In this document: positions 9,142 to 18,178 of the stretch, in pieces
Layout of the letters: every line of letters begins with the position of its first letter
Position numbering within the stretch: the stretch's first letter is position 1
NCBI GenBank assembly: GCA_035706345.1
Contig: DASSVE010000083.1
Location: forward strand, 1-63,396
Length of the DNA: 63,396 nucleotides
Source: Acidimicrobiia bacterium
GTDB lineage: Bacteria > Actinomycetota > Acidimicrobiia > Spongiisociales > ZC4RG35
Direction of reading: 5' to 3'
Made by a program: the position numbers and the translations under genes
Notes under the pieces: model-generated
The model's database searches: none
The model's input: the letters and a program-made list of their open reading frames with translations, nothing else
What the model was told of the DNA's origin: nothing

Positions 9142-9978
9142 TCAGCGGTTTCCGAGGGCCTCGGCTATCCGGTCGGGGGCCTCGGCGTCTGCCGGGGGCA
9201 CCAGGCTCACCAGGAGATGGTCGGCGCCGATCTCCTCGTAGGCATCGGCTCGCTCCAGCACCTCGGCGACGTCCCCGTCCGAGCGGAACTGGACCGACAC
9301 CTCGATCTCTCCGGGGTCGCGCCCGATCTCGGCGCAGGCCTCAGAAAGCCTGGCCAGCTTGACGGCGAAGTCGTCCGGGTCGTAGACGTAGTCGGGGTAG
9401 TTCCAATGATCCGCCCAGCGGGCAGCCAGAGGGATGGTGCGCTTCATCCCGGCCCCACCGACCACGAAGGGCGGACGTGGCTTCTGCACCGGCTTCGGCT
9501 CGAAATGCGCATCCTTCAGGGTGTGGTGCCGGCCGGCGAAGTCGAAGACCTCCTCGGTCATCAGACCATGCACGATGGCAAAGGTCTCGTCGAGCCGGTC
9601 GAACCGTTCCTTCAGCGGCGGCAGTCGTATGCCGAGCGCGGTGTGCTCACCCTCGTGCCAGCCGGCTCCGATGCCAAGGTTCAGACGCCCGTCGGATATG
9701 TGATCGATCGTCGTCGCCATCTTGGCCAGGACCGACGGGTGACGGAACGTGTTGGCGGTGACCATCACCCCGAACCTGATCCGCGAAGTCACCGCGGCCA
9801 TGGCGGCCATCAGGGACCAAGCCTCCATGATCGGGCGGTCCGGTGGCGACTTGGGCGGGTACAGGTGATCGTTCAGCCACATGGCGTCCCAGACCTCCTG
9901 ACGATCTGCTCGGGCCCACGTCTCCAGGAGATCCCGGTAGGTGGTGTCCTGGGACCACGCCTTGAAGGAGTACTTCAT
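9142..9978 (-). CDS. LLM-class (luciferase-like) F420-dependent oxidoreductase
   Basis: 278 aa. The motifs MWLNDHLYPP..., RIRFGVMVTANTFRHPSVLAKMATTIDHISDGRLNLGIGAGW are typical of the luciferase-like monooxygenase / F420 oxidoreductase family. Confidence 0.85.
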   Translation of the reverse strand: MKYSFKAWSQDTTYRDLLETWARADRQEVWDAMWLNDHLYPPKSPPDRPIMEAWSLMAAMAAVTSRIRFGVMVTANTFRHPSVLAKMATTIDHISDGRLNLGIGAGWHEGEHTALGIRLPPLKERFDRLDETFAIVHGLMTEEVFDFAGRHHTLKDAHFEPKPVQKPRPPFVVGGAGMKRTIPLAARWADHWNYPDYVYDPDDFAVKLARLSEACAEIGRDPGEIEVSVQFRSDGDVAEVLERADAYEEIGADHLLVSLVPPADAEAPDRIAEALGNR

Positions 9979-9988
9979 GCCGGCCCGG

Positions 9989-10684
9989 TCAGACCCGCAC
10001 CGATATCGCCGGGCTCCCCGCCACCTCGAAGCCCACTTCCTGGCCAGGTGTCACCGACACCGGCGGTATCACCGAACCGAGGATCACCACGTCCCCGGCC
10101 CGGAAGGTCTCGTTCGCCGCCTGGAGCAGAGAGACGCTGTGCCGGAGGACTTCGACGAATCGTCCGGTCAGCTCTTCGACCTCGTCCACCGTGGCGACGG
10201 GCTCACCGTCGACGACGACACGCGCGAGCAGACCGTCCACCCTGGCGCCGGCCCGAGCCGGGTCGGGCTCTCCCAGGATCACGGCGCGGTGGAAGATGTT
10301 CCCCGTCATCACCTCCTCGATGTCCTCGGGCGGCTTGTCGATGTCGGCCAACTCGATGGCGGGTCCCAGTGCGACGATCCCGCTCTCGATTTCACCCGGG
10401 TCGCCGACGTCACCGCCCAGGTAAGCGGCGATCTCCGGCTCGGCGACCGGCCGGGTCCACCCGTCAACCGGGACCCGGGCTCCTGAAGGGCGTTGCCCGG
10501 CGTCGGTGAGAAAGCCGACCAGGGGCCCCGTGAGGCCGAACTTCTCCAGGAAGGCGGGCGCACCGAACCCGAGCTTCCATCCGATCGGTCGCTCCCCGCG
10601 GGCGATGGCCCGGGATCGCGCCTGCAGCATCCGGGTGACACCGGCCCGGACCGCCGGGATCTGCCAGTCGGCAGGGGGGATCAC
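9989..10684 (-). CDS. 2-keto-4-pentenoate hydratase / FAH-fold hydratase-decarboxylase family protein
   Basis: The ORF is trimmed to the GTG at 10684, which overlaps the cupin gene stop (GTGA). The segment ARGERPIGWKLGFGAPA...GPLVGFL and an MhpD/XylJ-like C-terminus support the call. Confidence 0.7.
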   Translation of the reverse strand: MIPPADWQIPAVRAGVTRMLQARSRAIARGERPIGWKLGFGAPAFLEKFGLTGPLVGFLTDAGQRPSGARVPVDGWTRPVAEPEIAAYLGGDVGDPGEIESGIVALGPAIELADIDKPPEDIEEVMTGNIFHRAVILGEPDPARAGARVDGLLARVVVDGEPVATVDEVEELTGRFVEVLRHSVSLLQAANETFRAGDVVILGSVIPPVSVTPGQEVGFEVAGSPAISVRV

Positions 10685-11079
10685 TGCGTCTCGGCCTCGT
10701 ACCCGGTGTCCTCGAGGGCGCCGGCGCCGCTCCACCCCCAGACCAGGACCACGTCTTCGTCACCGGTGTTGTCGAACCCGTGCCAGTGGCCGCGTGGGGT
10801 GAAGACCACGTCCCCCTGCGACGAGGGCTCCCGACCCTCGTCGGTGTAGATCATGCCCGAGCCCCGCAGGACCACGAAGAACTCGTCGGCATGGTGGTGA
10901 AGATGCCGGTCGTGGCGGGCGCCCGGCGGGAGCACAGTCCATCCGAGGAGGAAGTCGTCGCTTCCGGCCCGATGCTTGTCGACGAGGAACTGGACCTGCA
11001 TGTCGACCCACCCCTCGTCACGACGCAGGCCCTCGACCACCGGGACCTCGTCCAGTCTGGTGCGGAAGGGCTTGGTCAC
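10681..11079 (-). CDS. Cupin domain protein
   Basis: 132 aa. The motif GARHDRHLHHHADEFFVVLRGSG...GDVVFTPRGHWHGF is a two-motif cupin metal site. There is a 4-nt overlap with the upstream dehydrogenase gene. Confidence 0.8.
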   Translation of the reverse strand: MTKPFRTRLDEVPVVEGLRRDEGWVDMQVQFLVDKHRAGSDDFLLGWTVLPPGARHDRHLHHHADEFFVVLRGSGMIYTDEGREPSSQGDVVFTPRGHWHGFDNTGDEDVVLVWGWSGAGALEDTGYEAETQ

Positions 11080-11957
11080 GACATCCCCGCCAGGAGGTGG
11101 TACACGTCGAAGACGGTGACGAAGTCACGGTGGTCGATGCCCCGGCCCCGGCATGCGTTCAGCAGCTCGTTCGCCACCGCAGCGAGCGGCGCCGGGGAGC
11201 CCTGGCGACGGGCCACCTCGAGGGCGAGCACCATGTCCTTCTGCTGCAGGGTGACGTCCGCCAGCGGCTTCTCGGGCATCCCGCCCTCCAGGATGAACGG
11301 CCCGCGATAGCCCATCACCGGCGAGGCGACCACGCTCTTCAACATGGCGTCCACGGCCACCGCTCTGTCCACCCCGCCCTTCTCGGCGAGAGCGACCGAC
11401 TCGCAGAAGGCGATCATCTCCACGATCAGTGTCAGATTCACGGCGACCTTCATCTGCACCGCGCTGCCGCTGTCGCCGATGTAGCTGACCTTGGAGCCGA
11501 TGTCGTAGAGGACCGGCTCGACCTTCTCGAAGGCGTCCCGGTCGCCGCCGACCATCGTCGAGGCTGTGCCCTGTTCCAGCGTGATCGGGCTGCCGGACAA
11601 CGGAGCATCGAGCATGGTCAGGCCTCTGGCAGCGAACTCGGCTGCCACCCGGCGGGTCACCTCGGGATCGATCGTGCTCATGTCCAGGTACACCGAACCG
11701 TGTCGCAATCCTTCGATCACACCGTCTCCACCCAGCGCCACCGCCTCCACCGCCTTGGCGTCGGTGACGATCGAGAAGACCACTTCGGAAAGCGCCGCAA
11801 CCTCCCGCGGGCTGTCGGCCCACCGCATCCCCTTGGCGATCAGGGGATCTGCCTTCTCGCGGGTCCGGTTCCAACCGGTGACCTGATGGCCGGCGGCTAG
11901 GAGCCGAGGGACGATGCCCTGACCCATGTCACCGAGCCCGATGAATCCGATCTCCAT
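11076..11957 (-). CDS. NAD(P)-dependent 3-hydroxyisobutyrate/6-phosphogluconate dehydrogenase-family oxidoreductase
   Basis: 293 aa. The N-terminal Rossmann motif is IGFIGLGDMGQGIVPRLL, and the C-terminal domain is HIBADH-like. Confidence 0.85.
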   Translation of the reverse strand: MEIGFIGLGDMGQGIVPRLLAAGHQVTGWNRTREKADPLIAKGMRWADSPREVAALSEVVFSIVTDAKAVEAVALGGDGVIEGLRHGSVYLDMSTIDPEVTRRVAAEFAARGLTMLDAPLSGSPITLEQGTASTMVGGDRDAFEKVEPVLYDIGSKVSYIGDSGSAVQMKVAVNLTLIVEMIAFCESVALAEKGGVDRAVAVDAMLKSVVASPVMGYRGPFILEGGMPEKPLADVTLQQKDMVLALEVARRQGSPAPLAAVANELLNACRGRGIDHRDFVTVFDVYHLLAGMS

Positions 11958-11999
11958 CTGAGTCTTTCTCCTGGATGGCGGGCAACTGTAGAGGTGCGC

Positions 12000-12644
12000 T
12001 CAGAGCGCCGACGCGTGGAGGGCCGGCGAGTAGCCGTGTCGGAGAGCGAGTACGGAGGTGGGCGGGGTGAGGACGTCGACCGGACCGGCACCGGGTCTCG
12101 GGATTGGTCGCGCCCATCCTTCGAATGAGAATCGGAAGAGCGCATCGCCGCGAACCAGTCGGGCGTCGCCCTCCTCATCGACCACGACGGTGCAGTCCGG
12201 TAGCGACGAGATCTCCTCCCGCCACAGGATCCGATCAGCCGACCGGCTCAAGCCACGCCCACGGCGAAGACGCTCCTTCGCCAGCATCATGTTGAGCTCC
12301 GTCGCGGAGGGTGGCGCGGCGAGCCCCCTGCCGGAGCGGACGGCCTCCTGATAGTCGAGGTAGTCCGGGTGTCGGCACAAACCGCAGGGACGGTGTCCGG
12401 CGGCCAGCGCCACCGCGTCGTCGAGGAAGAAGAGAGGAGTCCAGTGACGGGGTTGGTCGAGCGGTGCCCTCCAGTCCTTGTACTCGGTGACGCAGGTGAT
12501 CCAGAGCTGACCCTGGTGGTGTCTGACCAGCCGTCGCCGATCGTCGACGAGACATCCGCGGTTACCGGTGAACATGCCGCGGGCAGGTGCCGCATGCAGA
12601 TCCGAGAAGGGGTCGACGCGGTTCCTGCGTGTCAACGGACCCAT
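12000..12644 (-). CDS. Conserved-looking hypothetical protein with Ada-like Cys motif
   Basis: 214 aa. The segment FLDDAVALAAGHRPCGLCRHPDY resembles the Ada N-terminal metal-binding segment. The rest is unassigned. The start ATG 12644 overlaps the stop of the ABC-ATPase fossil. Confidence 0.55.
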   Translation of the reverse strand: MGPLTRRNRVDPFSDLHAAPARGMFTGNRGCLVDDRRRLVRHHQGQLWITCVTEYKDWRAPLDQPRHWTPLFFLDDAVALAAGHRPCGLCRHPDYLDYQEAVRSGRGLAAPPSATELNMMLAKERLRRGRGLSRSADRILWREEISSLPDCTVVVDEEGDARLVRGDALFRFSFEGWARPIPRPGAGPVDVLTPPTSVLALRHGYSPALHASAL

Positions 12645-12790
12645 TGGGCGGCCTGTTCGCGGGCCGCCTCCACCTGCGTGACCTCTTCCCCGCGGTGGAC
12701 ATCGAAGTCGACCCCATCGAGAACGTCGACCTCGCCGTATCGCATCCGGAGGTCCCGGAGCTGGACCACTGACTCGGCTGAGCCCGCCAT
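12632..12790 (-). pseudogene. Fossil N-terminus of an ABC transporter ATP-binding protein (truncated before Walker A)
   Basis: This 52-aa ORF is not in the track. It reads MAGSAESVVQLRDLRMRYGEVDVLDGVDFDVHRGEEVTQVEAAREQAAQWVR*. The first 34 residues are a textbook ABC-ATPase N-terminal strand region. The expected GxxGxGKT does not follow. Confidence 0.45.
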
Positions 12791-12884
12791 CAGGTCCGAC
12801 TGTAATTTGGGCCGTCTCGGCCCGAGAATCGGGCTCCGTGGGGACCGGCCTGACCGCCGGCCCCCACGAAGTGTCCCTGACTGG

Positions 12885-13478
12885 TCAGCCGGAGAAGGCT
12901 GCCTCGAAGCCGCTTCGCAGCTCGGGGGTTGCTGGGCCGCTGAACCCGCAGTAGTTGACGGTGCCGTCCTGTGCGCTGATCAGGTACTGGCTACCGACCT
13001 CGAACGGAATGCCTCCGATGAGGGCCTCCATCCCCTGTGGGGCGTTGAGGACGACCTCGGTGGTATCGTCGCCGCCCAGGTACCACTGGTCCACCGACAG
13101 GGTGACCGTGTCCCCATCGACGGCCGTGACCGTGCCCTCGAAAGCCAGTTCGGCGGTCGCCGCCAACTGCTCGGGGGAGAAGGCGATGCAGATTGCCATC
13201 GGGTCATCGGCCGGGGCATTCAAGGCGAGGGGCTCTCCGCCGCCCTCGCCGGCCAGATTGAGCCCGGCGGCAACTGCCAGGACCAGGGCGGCCACGGCGG
13301 CGACGCCGATGACCCAGGTCCGGCGGTTGGCCGGCTTCTCCCCGGCCCGTTCCTTGGTTGGTGTGCTCATGATTCCTTCCAATAGCTGTCGTGACGACTC
13401 CGAGGTCGCCGGTTCCACGGGCACACCGGAGTGCATGGGATCCAAACGGGACAAACGCTCTCTCATCTCGTCAGTCAT
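12885..13478 (-). CDS. Putative anti-sigma factor / membrane-anchored extracytoplasmic protein
   Basis: 197 aa. There is a 4-nt overlap with the upstream ECF sigma gene. It has a cytoplasmic N-tail, a single TM helix (WVIGVAAVAALVLAVAAGL) and an extracytoplasmic domain. Confidence 0.55.
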   Translation of the reverse strand: MTDEMRERLSRLDPMHSGVPVEPATSESSRQLLEGIMSTPTKERAGEKPANRRTWVIGVAAVAALVLAVAAGLNLAGEGGGEPLALNAPADDPMAICIAFSPEQLAATAELAFEGTVTAVDGDTVTLSVDQWYLGGDDTTEVVLNAPQGMEALIGGIPFEVGSQYLISAQDGTVNYCGFSGPATPELRSGFEAAFSG

Positions 13479-14044
13479 CGGCTCTCCTGTGTGCCTTCGA
13501 CCTGTCTATGTCCGGATGACGGCGCGCTCTGTCCGGCCATCGCCTTGGCGAGACGTTTCTTGGCTCTGCTCAGTCTGAGAGTGGCGGCATTCACCGAGAT
13601 GTCGAGGACCGGGGCGATCTCGCGGGGCTCGAGCTGCTCCCATGCCCAGAGACGTAGAACCTCGCGGTCCTCGTCGCCGAGTTGGTCGAGGGCGAGGCTG
13701 AGCTCGGGGTCGGGGCCAGCTTCGGCCGGGTCATGACCGGGTTCTGGGGCCGGCTGGGCCTCGATGCGTCGCACGAGCCGGAGATGACGCTCCCGACCCC
13801 GGCGCTGGTTGGCCAGGGTGCGCCGGGCGATCCCGTAGCACCAGGGCAGCGTCGGCGGGCTCGGGGCATCTTCGATGCGTCGCCAGATGGTCATCAGGAC
13901 GTCGGCCAGGGCGTCCTCGGCGTCGGCGGGACCGACTCGTCGGCGCAGGTAGCGCTGCAGCGGCTCGAAGACCTCGTCGACGATGGCCTCGAAGCGCCGA
14001 CGTCGTTCATGCTCGGAGCTCACTCCTTGGTCTATGTCCGCCAA
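13475..14044 (-). CDS. ECF-type RNA polymerase sigma-70 family factor
   Basis: 189 aa. Region 2 (FEPLQRYLRRRV...DVLMTIWRR) and region 4 HTH (LEPREIAPVLDISVNAATLRLSRAKKRL) are present. Confidence 0.85.
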   Translation of the reverse strand: MADIDQGVSSEHERRRRFEAIVDEVFEPLQRYLRRRVGPADAEDALADVLMTIWRRIEDAPSPPTLPWCYGIARRTLANQRRGRERHLRLVRRIEAQPAPEPGHDPAEAGPDPELSLALDQLGDEDREVLRLWAWEQLEPREIAPVLDISVNAATLRLSRAKKRLAKAMAGQSAPSSGHRQVEGTQESR

Positions 14045-14057
14045 GAGGTGGATTCTG

Positions 14058-15281
14058 TCACGCCGTCCTGCCGCGATCGGTCACTTCCCGCAGACGTTGG
14101 AGATGCCGTCGCTCCGTCTCATTGGTCGTCAACTCGATCGCTCTGGCATAGGCGTGATCCGCCTCCTCGGTGTGACCCAACAAGTCGAGGAAGTGACCTC
14201 TGGTGGCGTGGTAGAGGTGGTAGCCGTCGAGTTCCAGGTCGTCGACGGTGGCCAGGGCGTCCTCCACGTTCCCAGTCTCGGCAAGGGCGATGGCCCGGTT
14301 GAGAGCGACGATGGGGGTCGGGGTCAGGGCGTACAGCCGGTCGTAGAGCCGTACTATCTGTTGCCAGTCGGTGTCCTCGGCCCTGGCGGCGTTGACGTGC
14401 ACCGCGGCAATTGCAGCCTGCAGCTGATAGGGGCCGGGTCGGTTGCGTCTCAGACAGACCGCAAGCAAGGCGTTCCCCTCCTCGATCAGCTCGCGGTCCC
14501 ACAGAGTGCGATCCTGTTCGCCGAGACGGATCAGTTCGCCGTCGGGTCTGGTGCGAGCCTCCCGCCGCGACTCGGTCAGCAGGAGCAGGGCCAGGAGCCC
14601 GATGACTTCGGGCTCGTCAGGCATCAACTCGGCGAGGAGACGGCTCAGGCGCATCGCCTCACGCGCCACGTCGGGGCGCCCGAGATCCTCTCCACTGGTG
14701 GCGGTGTGCCCTTCGTTGTAGATCAGGTACACCACGGCGAGCACCGACGGAAGGCGATTCGGAAGCTCGGCTTCGCCTGGAATCCGGTAGGGGATCCTGG
14801 CCACCTTGATCTTCTTCTTGGCCCTCACGAGCCGCTGCGCCATCGTGGTCTCCGGCACCACGAATGCGCGGGCGATCTCCTCTGTCTGGAGCCCGGCGAT
14901 GAGGCGGAGGGTCAGGGCGATCTGGGATGCGACCCCCAAAGCCGGGTGGCAGCAGGTGAAGATCAGGCGGAGTTGGTCGTCGGGCACGACTTCGATCTCA
15001 TCGGGCTCGTCGTCGAGTGTGAGCATCCCCGCCTCCTGCTTCTCGGCCCTTTGCGACTCCCGACGCAGACGGTCTATGGCGCGGTTCTTGGCGGTGGTGA
15101 TGATCCAGCCGGCCGGGCTGGGGGGTGTTCCCGAGCCCGGCCAGCGTCGCAAGGCTTCGACGAAGGCCTCCTGGACCGCGTCCTCGGCGATGTCGAGGTC
15201 GCCGAATCGTCGGGCCAGGGTGGCAACGGCGCGGCCGGACTCGGCCCGAAAGATCTCTGAGATCTCGGCTTCTCCGGCCAA
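14058..15281 (-). CDS. ECF sigma factor with long C-terminal TPR-like extension (YciI-associated type)
   Basis: 407 aa. The N-terminal sigma-2/sigma-4 regions (IAEDAVQEAFVEALRRWP...) are followed by a C-terminal helical domain of about 200 aa (YQLQAAIAAVH...). It sits directly downstream of a YciI-like gene, which is the usual pairing. Confidence 0.8.
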   Translation of the reverse strand: MAGEAEISEIFRAESGRAVATLARRFGDLDIAEDAVQEAFVEALRRWPGSGTPPSPAGWIITTAKNRAIDRLRRESQRAEKQEAGMLTLDDEPDEIEVVPDDQLRLIFTCCHPALGVASQIALTLRLIAGLQTEEIARAFVVPETTMAQRLVRAKKKIKVARIPYRIPGEAELPNRLPSVLAVVYLIYNEGHTATSGEDLGRPDVAREAMRLSRLLAELMPDEPEVIGLLALLLLTESRREARTRPDGELIRLGEQDRTLWDRELIEEGNALLAVCLRRNRPGPYQLQAAIAAVHVNAARAEDTDWQQIVRLYDRLYALTPTPIVALNRAIALAETGNVEDALATVDDLELDGYHLYHATRGHFLDLLGHTEEADHAYARAIELTTNETERRHLQRLREVTDRGRTA

Positions 15282-15290
15282 TTCGCCCCG

Positions 15291-15647
15291 TCAGGCCTCT
15301 GGCTCGTCCTGGAACGGACGCACTTCCACCGGTCCTCTGCACGCCACGGTGGCCTGGGCCGCCCAGTCGAGGGCGGCGTCGAGGTCCGGCGCCTCGATGA
15401 TCCAAAAGCCTCCGATTTGCTCTTTCGCCTCGGGGAACGGCCCGTCGGTCATGACGATGTTGCCAGTCTCGGAGCGCACCACCGTGGCCATGTCCGGGGT
15501 GTGCAGACCGCCTCCGAACAACATGACACCCTGTTCCTTCATCTTGTTGTTGAGCTTGTCCACATCGGCGTACATCTGCTCGACCACGTCGTCGGACAGC
15601 GGCTCCTCACCATCGACGTAGTAGACAGAAAGCAAGTACTGAGACAC
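15291..15647 (-). CDS. YciI-like (DGPF) family protein
   Basis: The ORF is trimmed to the GTG at 15647, with AAGGAG 7 nt upstream. The motif DGPFPEAKEQIGGFWIIEAPDLDAALDWA is the YCII signature. Confidence 0.8.
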   Translation of the reverse strand: MSQYLLSVYYVDGEEPLSDDVVEQMYADVDKLNNKMKEQGVMLFGGGLHTPDMATVVRSETGNIVMTDGPFPEAKEQIGGFWIIEAPDLDAALDWAAQATVACRGPVEVRPFQDEPEA

Positions 15648-15781
15648 AACGTCTCTCCTTTTCTCGCGGCTGGGGAACTTAACCCTGCCTGTCACCAACT
15701 ACACGAACGGGGTCCCTCCGAATCGACACACGAGGCCGGATTCTTCTGTGCCAACCTGAATCTGATGCCAGGGACCCGCGT

Positions 15782-16927
15782 TTGAGCTCGACACCGGCAC
15801 GACCTGCCTTGCGCGCTCTGCTGGTTGCCCTGGCGGCATTCGTCATGCTCGGGCTGATCGACGGCGCCCTGGGCGTGGCGTGGCCCACGATGCGCACGGT
15901 CTTCGATCGGGACCTGTCGGAGCTGGGCCTTCTCCTCGCCGCCGGCAGTACCGGTTACTTGACGGCGAGCCTGGCGTATGGCTGGCTCCACAGAAGGGCA
16001 GGGACCGGGCTCCTGCTGGGGGTGGGGACGGTGCTGCTGCTCGTCGGTGTGACCGGAATCGCTCTGGCGCCGGCGTGGGCAGCGTTGCCGGTGTCGGCGG
16101 TCGTCCTCGGGATAGGTGGTGGTCTGGTGGACACCGGCATGAACGCCCACGCCGCGCTGGCGTTCGACGTCGGATCCATCAACCTCCTCCATGCCTGTTA
16201 CGGCATCGGCGCCACCCTTGGCCCCGTCGTGATCACGGTCAGCCTGGTGTCCACCAACACGTGGAGGGCCGGATACCTCTTCATGGCGGCGATCCAGGCG
16301 ATCGCAGCGATGGCGGTGTGGAGACGTCGGCACCAGTGGGCCGGCGCCGAGCCCGACCTGACCGGATCGGACGATGCCGGGGGCGACCGGATGGCGCTGA
16401 TCTTCCACCTCCTCCTCTTCTTCCTCTACACGGGAGTGGAGGTGGGTGTGGGCCAGTGGGCATTCACCCTGTTGAGCGAAGGCCGCGGGATCGGGACCGC
16501 CGCTGCCGGTGTTTGGGTGGCCGTGTACTGGGGCGGTCTCACCGTGGGAAGACTTCTCTTCGGAGTGGCCGGCGGCCGGGTCGCTCCCACCAGCGCCCTC
16601 CATGGGAGCATGGCGGTGGCCCTGGTAGGTCTGGGGATTCTCTGGCTCGACCCATGGGGTCTCGGGGTGCTCGGTCTACCCGTGGCCGGGCTCGGGCTCG
16701 CTGCAGTCTTCCCGATGCTGGTCACCCTGACTCCAGCCCGCATCGGGTTGACCCGCTCGACCCGTTCCATGGGCTACCAGCTGGCCGCAGCGAACCTCGG
16801 CGCCGCCGTTCTCCCGTGGACGCTCGGTCTCGTAGCCCAGGCTCGGGGTCTGGAGGCGCTCGGTCCGGGTCTGTTCGTGGTGGGCGTCTTGTTGGCGACG
16901 GTGCATCTGTTGGCCGAGCTCCGCTGA
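15782..16927 (+). CDS. MFS transporter
   Basis: 381 aa with about 12 hydrophobic helices and an MFS-like loop motif (GWLHRRAGTG). Confidence 0.75.
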   Translation: MSSTPARPALRALLVALAAFVMLGLIDGALGVAWPTMRTVFDRDLSELGLLLAAGSTGYLTASLAYGWLHRRAGTGLLLGVGTVLLLVGVTGIALAPAWAALPVSAVVLGIGGGLVDTGMNAHAALAFDVGSINLLHACYGIGATLGPVVITVSLVSTNTWRAGYLFMAAIQAIAAMAVWRRRHQWAGAEPDLTGSDDAGGDRMALIFHLLLFFLYTGVEVGVGQWAFTLLSEGRGIGTAAAGVWVAVYWGGLTVGRLLFGVAGGRVAPTSALHGSMAVALVGLGILWLDPWGLGVLGLPVAGLGLAAVFPMLVTLTPARIGLTRSTRSMGYQLAAANLGAAVLPWTLGLVAQARGLEALGPGLFVVGVLLATVHLLAELR

Positions 16928-16992
16928 GGGGGTCGGCGCAGCCCGTCCCGATCCGGTAGGTTCAGGGGCTTCAGACACGAAACGGAGGCCTG

Positions 16993-18102
16993 GTGTCGCA
17001 AGTGAACCCACCTTTCCGCGCCGACCATGTCGGTTCCCTGCTTCGCCCCCCATCCGTGCTCGAGGCACGTCAGAAGGTGGCCGAGGGTGCGATGACCAGA
17101 GATGAGCTGCGAGCTGTCGAGGATGATGCCATCGCGGCCATGATCCCCAAGCTGGAGGCGACCGGCATCCAGTCGATCACCGACGGTGAGTATCGAAGAG
17201 CTTTCTTCCACCTCGACTTCCTCCAGGAGCTCTCCGGGATCACCGTCACCGACATCCTGACCAGCACGGATCCGGACGGCCATGTGCGCATGGTCCCTCC
17301 GAAGATCACCGTCACCGGGAAGCTGGCACACGACAAGGACGTCCAGGTGGCGGACTTCCAATTCGTGGCCGCACACACCAACCGGACGCCGAAGGTGTGC
17401 ATCCCCTCGCCGACCATGGCCCACTTCCGCGGTGGCCGCGCCGGGATCGACATCGAGTCCTATCCGGACCTGGACTTGTTCTTCGAGGATCTAGCCCAGG
17501 TCTACCGGGACGAGCTGGCCCACCTGTACGACGCCGGGTGCCGTTATGTCCAACTGGACGACACCAATCTGGCCTATCTCTGCGACCAGAAGATGCGTCA
17601 GGAGGTGATTGACAGAGGCGACGACCCCGACGAGCTTCCCCGCACCTACGCGGCACTGATCAACTCTGCGATCAGGGACGTGCCCGACGACATGACCACC
17701 GCGGTCCACCTCTGTAGAGGCAACTACCGCTCGACCTTCTTCGCCTCCGGTGGGTACGAGCCGGTCGCCGAGGTGCTCTTCAACGATCTCGCCGTGGATG
17801 CGTTCTTCCTCGAGTACGACGACGAACGCTCGGGTGACTTCGCCCCGCTCCGCTTCGTCCCCGAGGACAAGACCGTGGTTCTCGGTCTGGTGACCTCCAA
17901 GACCGGGCAGTTGGAAGACGAGGAGGACCTGATCCAGAGGATCGAGGACGCCTCCCGCTACGTGTCGTTGGACCAGCTCTGCCTGAGCCCCCAGTGCGGC
18001 TTCGCCTCCACCATGGAGGGCAACGCCCTGACGGAGGAAGAGCAATGGGCCAAGCTGCGTCTCGTGGTCTCGGTTGCGGACAAACTGTGGGGTTCGACCT
18101 GA
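16993..18102 (+). CDS. Cobalamin-independent methionine synthase (MetE C-terminal domain-like) family protein
   Basis: 369 aa. The start is GTG with ACGGAGG upstream. The segments FRADHVGSLLRP..., the C-terminal LSPQCGFAS Zn-ligand motif and HLCRGN support the call. Confidence 0.8.
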   Translation: MSQVNPPFRADHVGSLLRPPSVLEARQKVAEGAMTRDELRAVEDDAIAAMIPKLEATGIQSITDGEYRRAFFHLDFLQELSGITVTDILTSTDPDGHVRMVPPKITVTGKLAHDKDVQVADFQFVAAHTNRTPKVCIPSPTMAHFRGGRAGIDIESYPDLDLFFEDLAQVYRDELAHLYDAGCRYVQLDDTNLAYLCDQKMRQEVIDRGDDPDELPRTYAALINSAIRDVPDDMTTAVHLCRGNYRSTFFASGGYEPVAEVLFNDLAVDAFFLEYDDERSGDFAPLRFVPEDKTVVLGLVTSKTGQLEDEEDLIQRIEDASRYVSLDQLCLSPQCGFASTMEGNALTEEEQWAKLRLVVSVADKLWGST

Positions 18103-18178
18103 GCTGACCGGGCCGCACTGCCGGGCGCCGAGCCATCGCAGTCAGGTCTAGCGGTGGGCTGCCGATAATCTCACGGCA

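Noticed and set aside
9103-10509. 468-aa plus-strand ORF, extremely Arg/Pro-rich
   Set aside because: It is antisense to the LLM and hydratase genes. Its composition (runs of RRR/PPP) is characteristic of a wrong-frame translation of GC-rich DNA.
12809-12823. Hairpin GGGCCG-TCT-CGGCCC downstream of the anti-sigma-like gene as a terminator
   Set aside because: On the transcribed (minus) strand it is followed by AAATTA rather than a U-tract, and the stem is short. It was left unannotated.
12369-13385. 338-aa plus-strand ORF
   Set aside because: It is antisense to the 214-aa hypothetical gene and the anti-sigma-like gene. It has no SD or motif support. The minus-strand genes show operon-type overlaps.
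16928-16992. Possible cobalamin or SAM riboswitch ahead of the MetE-like gene
   Set aside because: The leader is only about 65 nt. I could not see a B12-box or SAM-riboswitch core, so it is too short for those elements.
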